Shown here: positions 62,992 to 64,000 of the stretch, in pieces
How positions within the stretch are numbered: the first letter of the stretch is position 1
Layout of the letters: each line of letters begins with the position of its first letter
DNA from: Dehalococcoidia bacterium
GTDB taxonomy: Bacteria; Chloroflexota; Dehalococcoidia; SM23-28-2; HRBIN24
Length of the DNA: 64,000 nucleotides
NCBI GenBank assembly: GCA_035574155.1
Contig: DATLZD010000062.1
Location: 1,878-65,877 of the forward strand
Direction: 5' to 3'
Program-made: the position numbers and the translations under genes
The notes under the pieces: generated by a model
Told to the model about the DNA's origin: nothing
The model's input: only the letters and a program-made list of their open reading frames with translations
The model's database searches: none

Positions 62992-64000
62992 GTGACGAAG
63001 GGCCTCCTGTCGCGTCTGGCCTCCCTCCATAGCGAGGAGGGCATCGTCAGCGCCTACATCCGCCTCGATCCCCGTCTACTGCACGAGCCGATGCAGCCCC
63101 TCATGAAGTTCAAGGGCGGCGTCAAGCGCTTTCTGCGACAGAACCCCGAGCCCCGCTGGCAGAGGGCCTTGGAACGTGAGGAGGAGCGCATCGCCTCCTT
63201 CTTGCAGGAGTGGCGTGATGGGGGCCGTGGACTGGTGATATTCTCCTGCGCCCCGTCCGACCTCTGGGAGGTGGTGGCCCTTGAGAAGGCCGCCATCCCT
63301 ACCTTCATTTCGGTGGATACGACCCCGGACCTGTCCATTCTCGCGCGGGTGGCCGACGAGTATCCCCGCTTGCTGACGGTGGTGGTCCAGCGGGACCGGG
63401 CCCGTATTTACCTGGCCGAGATGGGGCGCCTGGAGAGCGCAGAACGGTTGCGCACCCTGGTGCCCGGACAGCACGACGAGGGCGGCTGGGCCCAGGCCCG
63501 CTACCAGCGGCACGTGGAGGAGCACGTGGACCGCCACCTCCGTCGGGTAGTGAAGGAGCTGCAGGAGCTGAAGCAGGAGACCGGGTTCAACCGCCTGGTG
63601 GTGGCCGGGCCCCACGAGGTGCAGGCCCGGTTCCTGGATCTTCTGCCTGCCGATCTCAGGCGCACGGTCATCGGGACTGCCCACGTGGACGTGAAGCACG
63701 AGTCCGACGAGGAGGTGCTCCAGGAGGCCCATCGGGTCTGGCGAGAGCACGAGCGCCAGATGGAGAGGCGCATCGTGAGGGAACTGGTGGACGAGGCCCA
63801 GGGGGGCGGTCGGGCCGTGGTGGGCATAGACGGGACCATCGATGCCCTCCTCCAGGACCGGGTGCGGATGCTGGTCATGGCCGACGGCGTCACCAGGGAC
63901 GGCTCAGCGTGCGACTCCTGTGGCTTCTTCGCGGCCCGGGACCTGCCCAAGTGCCCCGTCTGCGGCGGCGAGACCGTCCCCGCAGATGTGGTGGAGAGGT
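62992..64000 (+). CDS. eRF1/Pelota-like (aeRF1-superfamily) protein with C-terminal zinc ribbon; 3' end outside window; not present in supplied ORF track
   Basis: GTG 62992; uninterrupted 336-codon frame with strong GC3 bias to window end; domain-3-like GGRAVVGIDGTIDALLQDRVRMLVMADG; CDSCG...CPVCG zinc ribbon; antisense track ORFs here are shadows. Confidence 0.65.
   Translation, partial: MTKGLLSRLASLHSEEGIVSAYIRLDPRLLHEPMQPLMKFKGGVKRFLRQNPEPRWQRALEREEERIASFLQEWRDGGRGLVIFSCAPSDLWEVVALEKAAIPTFISVDTTPDLSILARVADEYPRLLTVVVQRDRARIYLAEMGRLESAERLRTLVPGQHDEGGWAQARYQRHVEEHVDRHLRRVVKELQELKQETGFNRLVVAGPHEVQARFLDLLPADLRRTVIGTAHVDVKHESDEEVLQEAHRVWREHERQMERRIVRELVDEAQGGGRAVVGIDGTIDALLQDRVRMLVMADGVTRDGSACDSCGFFAARDLPKCPVCGGETVPADVVER

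Noticed and set aside
63076-63950. Two overlapping minus-strand track ORFs (224 aa and 149 aa) at the window end
   Set aside because: They are antisense to a much better plus-strand gene (eRF1/Pelota-like, GTG 62992 to window edge). That gene is absent from the track only because it has no stop within the window.

Overview
This window is a 64 kb stretch of high-GC (~69%) bacterial chromosome, and nearly all of it is core housekeeping genes. The dense co-directional gene runs and the many 1-4 nt start/stop overlaps (ATGA/GTGA) are typical of a compact thermophile-like genome. Taxonomy cannot be fixed from sequence alone. Actinobacteria- or Chloroflexi-like features include a SigK/RskA-type ECF pair, a DinB_2 protein, an alpha2-type GlyRS and PdxS/PdxT.

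Recognisable core genes:
- Nitrogen, amino-acid and cofactor metabolism: gltB (C-terminal ~980 aa, 5' end outside the window), HesB/IscA, metF, asd, dapA, dapB, pheA, pdxS/pdxT, purA, tmk.
- Translation and RNA: pnp, rpsO, glyQS, miaB.
- Chaperones and proteases: groES-groEL with a perfect CIRCE operator, htpX, htrA, an M16 peptidase.
- Other: a 7Fe ferredoxin, sulfide:quinone oxidoreductase, TrkA-type RCK proteins.

No tRNA, rRNA, CRISPR array, transposase or integrase was found.

The loci most worth a second look:
1. A divergent radical-SAM / family-4 UDG-like pair with an adjacent DinB_2 gene.
2. A Pdg-like glycosylase next to a stand-alone EVE (modified-base reader) gene.
3. A DegV fatty-acid-binding domain fused to a P-loop kinase-like domain, followed by an Uma2 endonuclease.
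4. A PaaI thioesterase whose conserved N-terminus has no canonical start codon and sits in the -1 frame against the stop of the upstream crotonase.
5. A pdxS-pdxT-(GNAT-like)-(SpoIIIAA/Ycf45-like AAA ATPase)-tmk-(eRF1/Pelota-like zinc-ribbon protein) gene string; its last gene runs off the window and is absent from the ORF track.
6. A secreted S8 subtilase with tandem dockerin-like repeats.
7. An NrtR-type Nudix regulator.
8. A recurring GAAGGGGGCCGCC hairpin motif at terminator positions.

Most long ORFs in the track that lie antisense to these genes are GC-driven shadow ORFs and were rejected.
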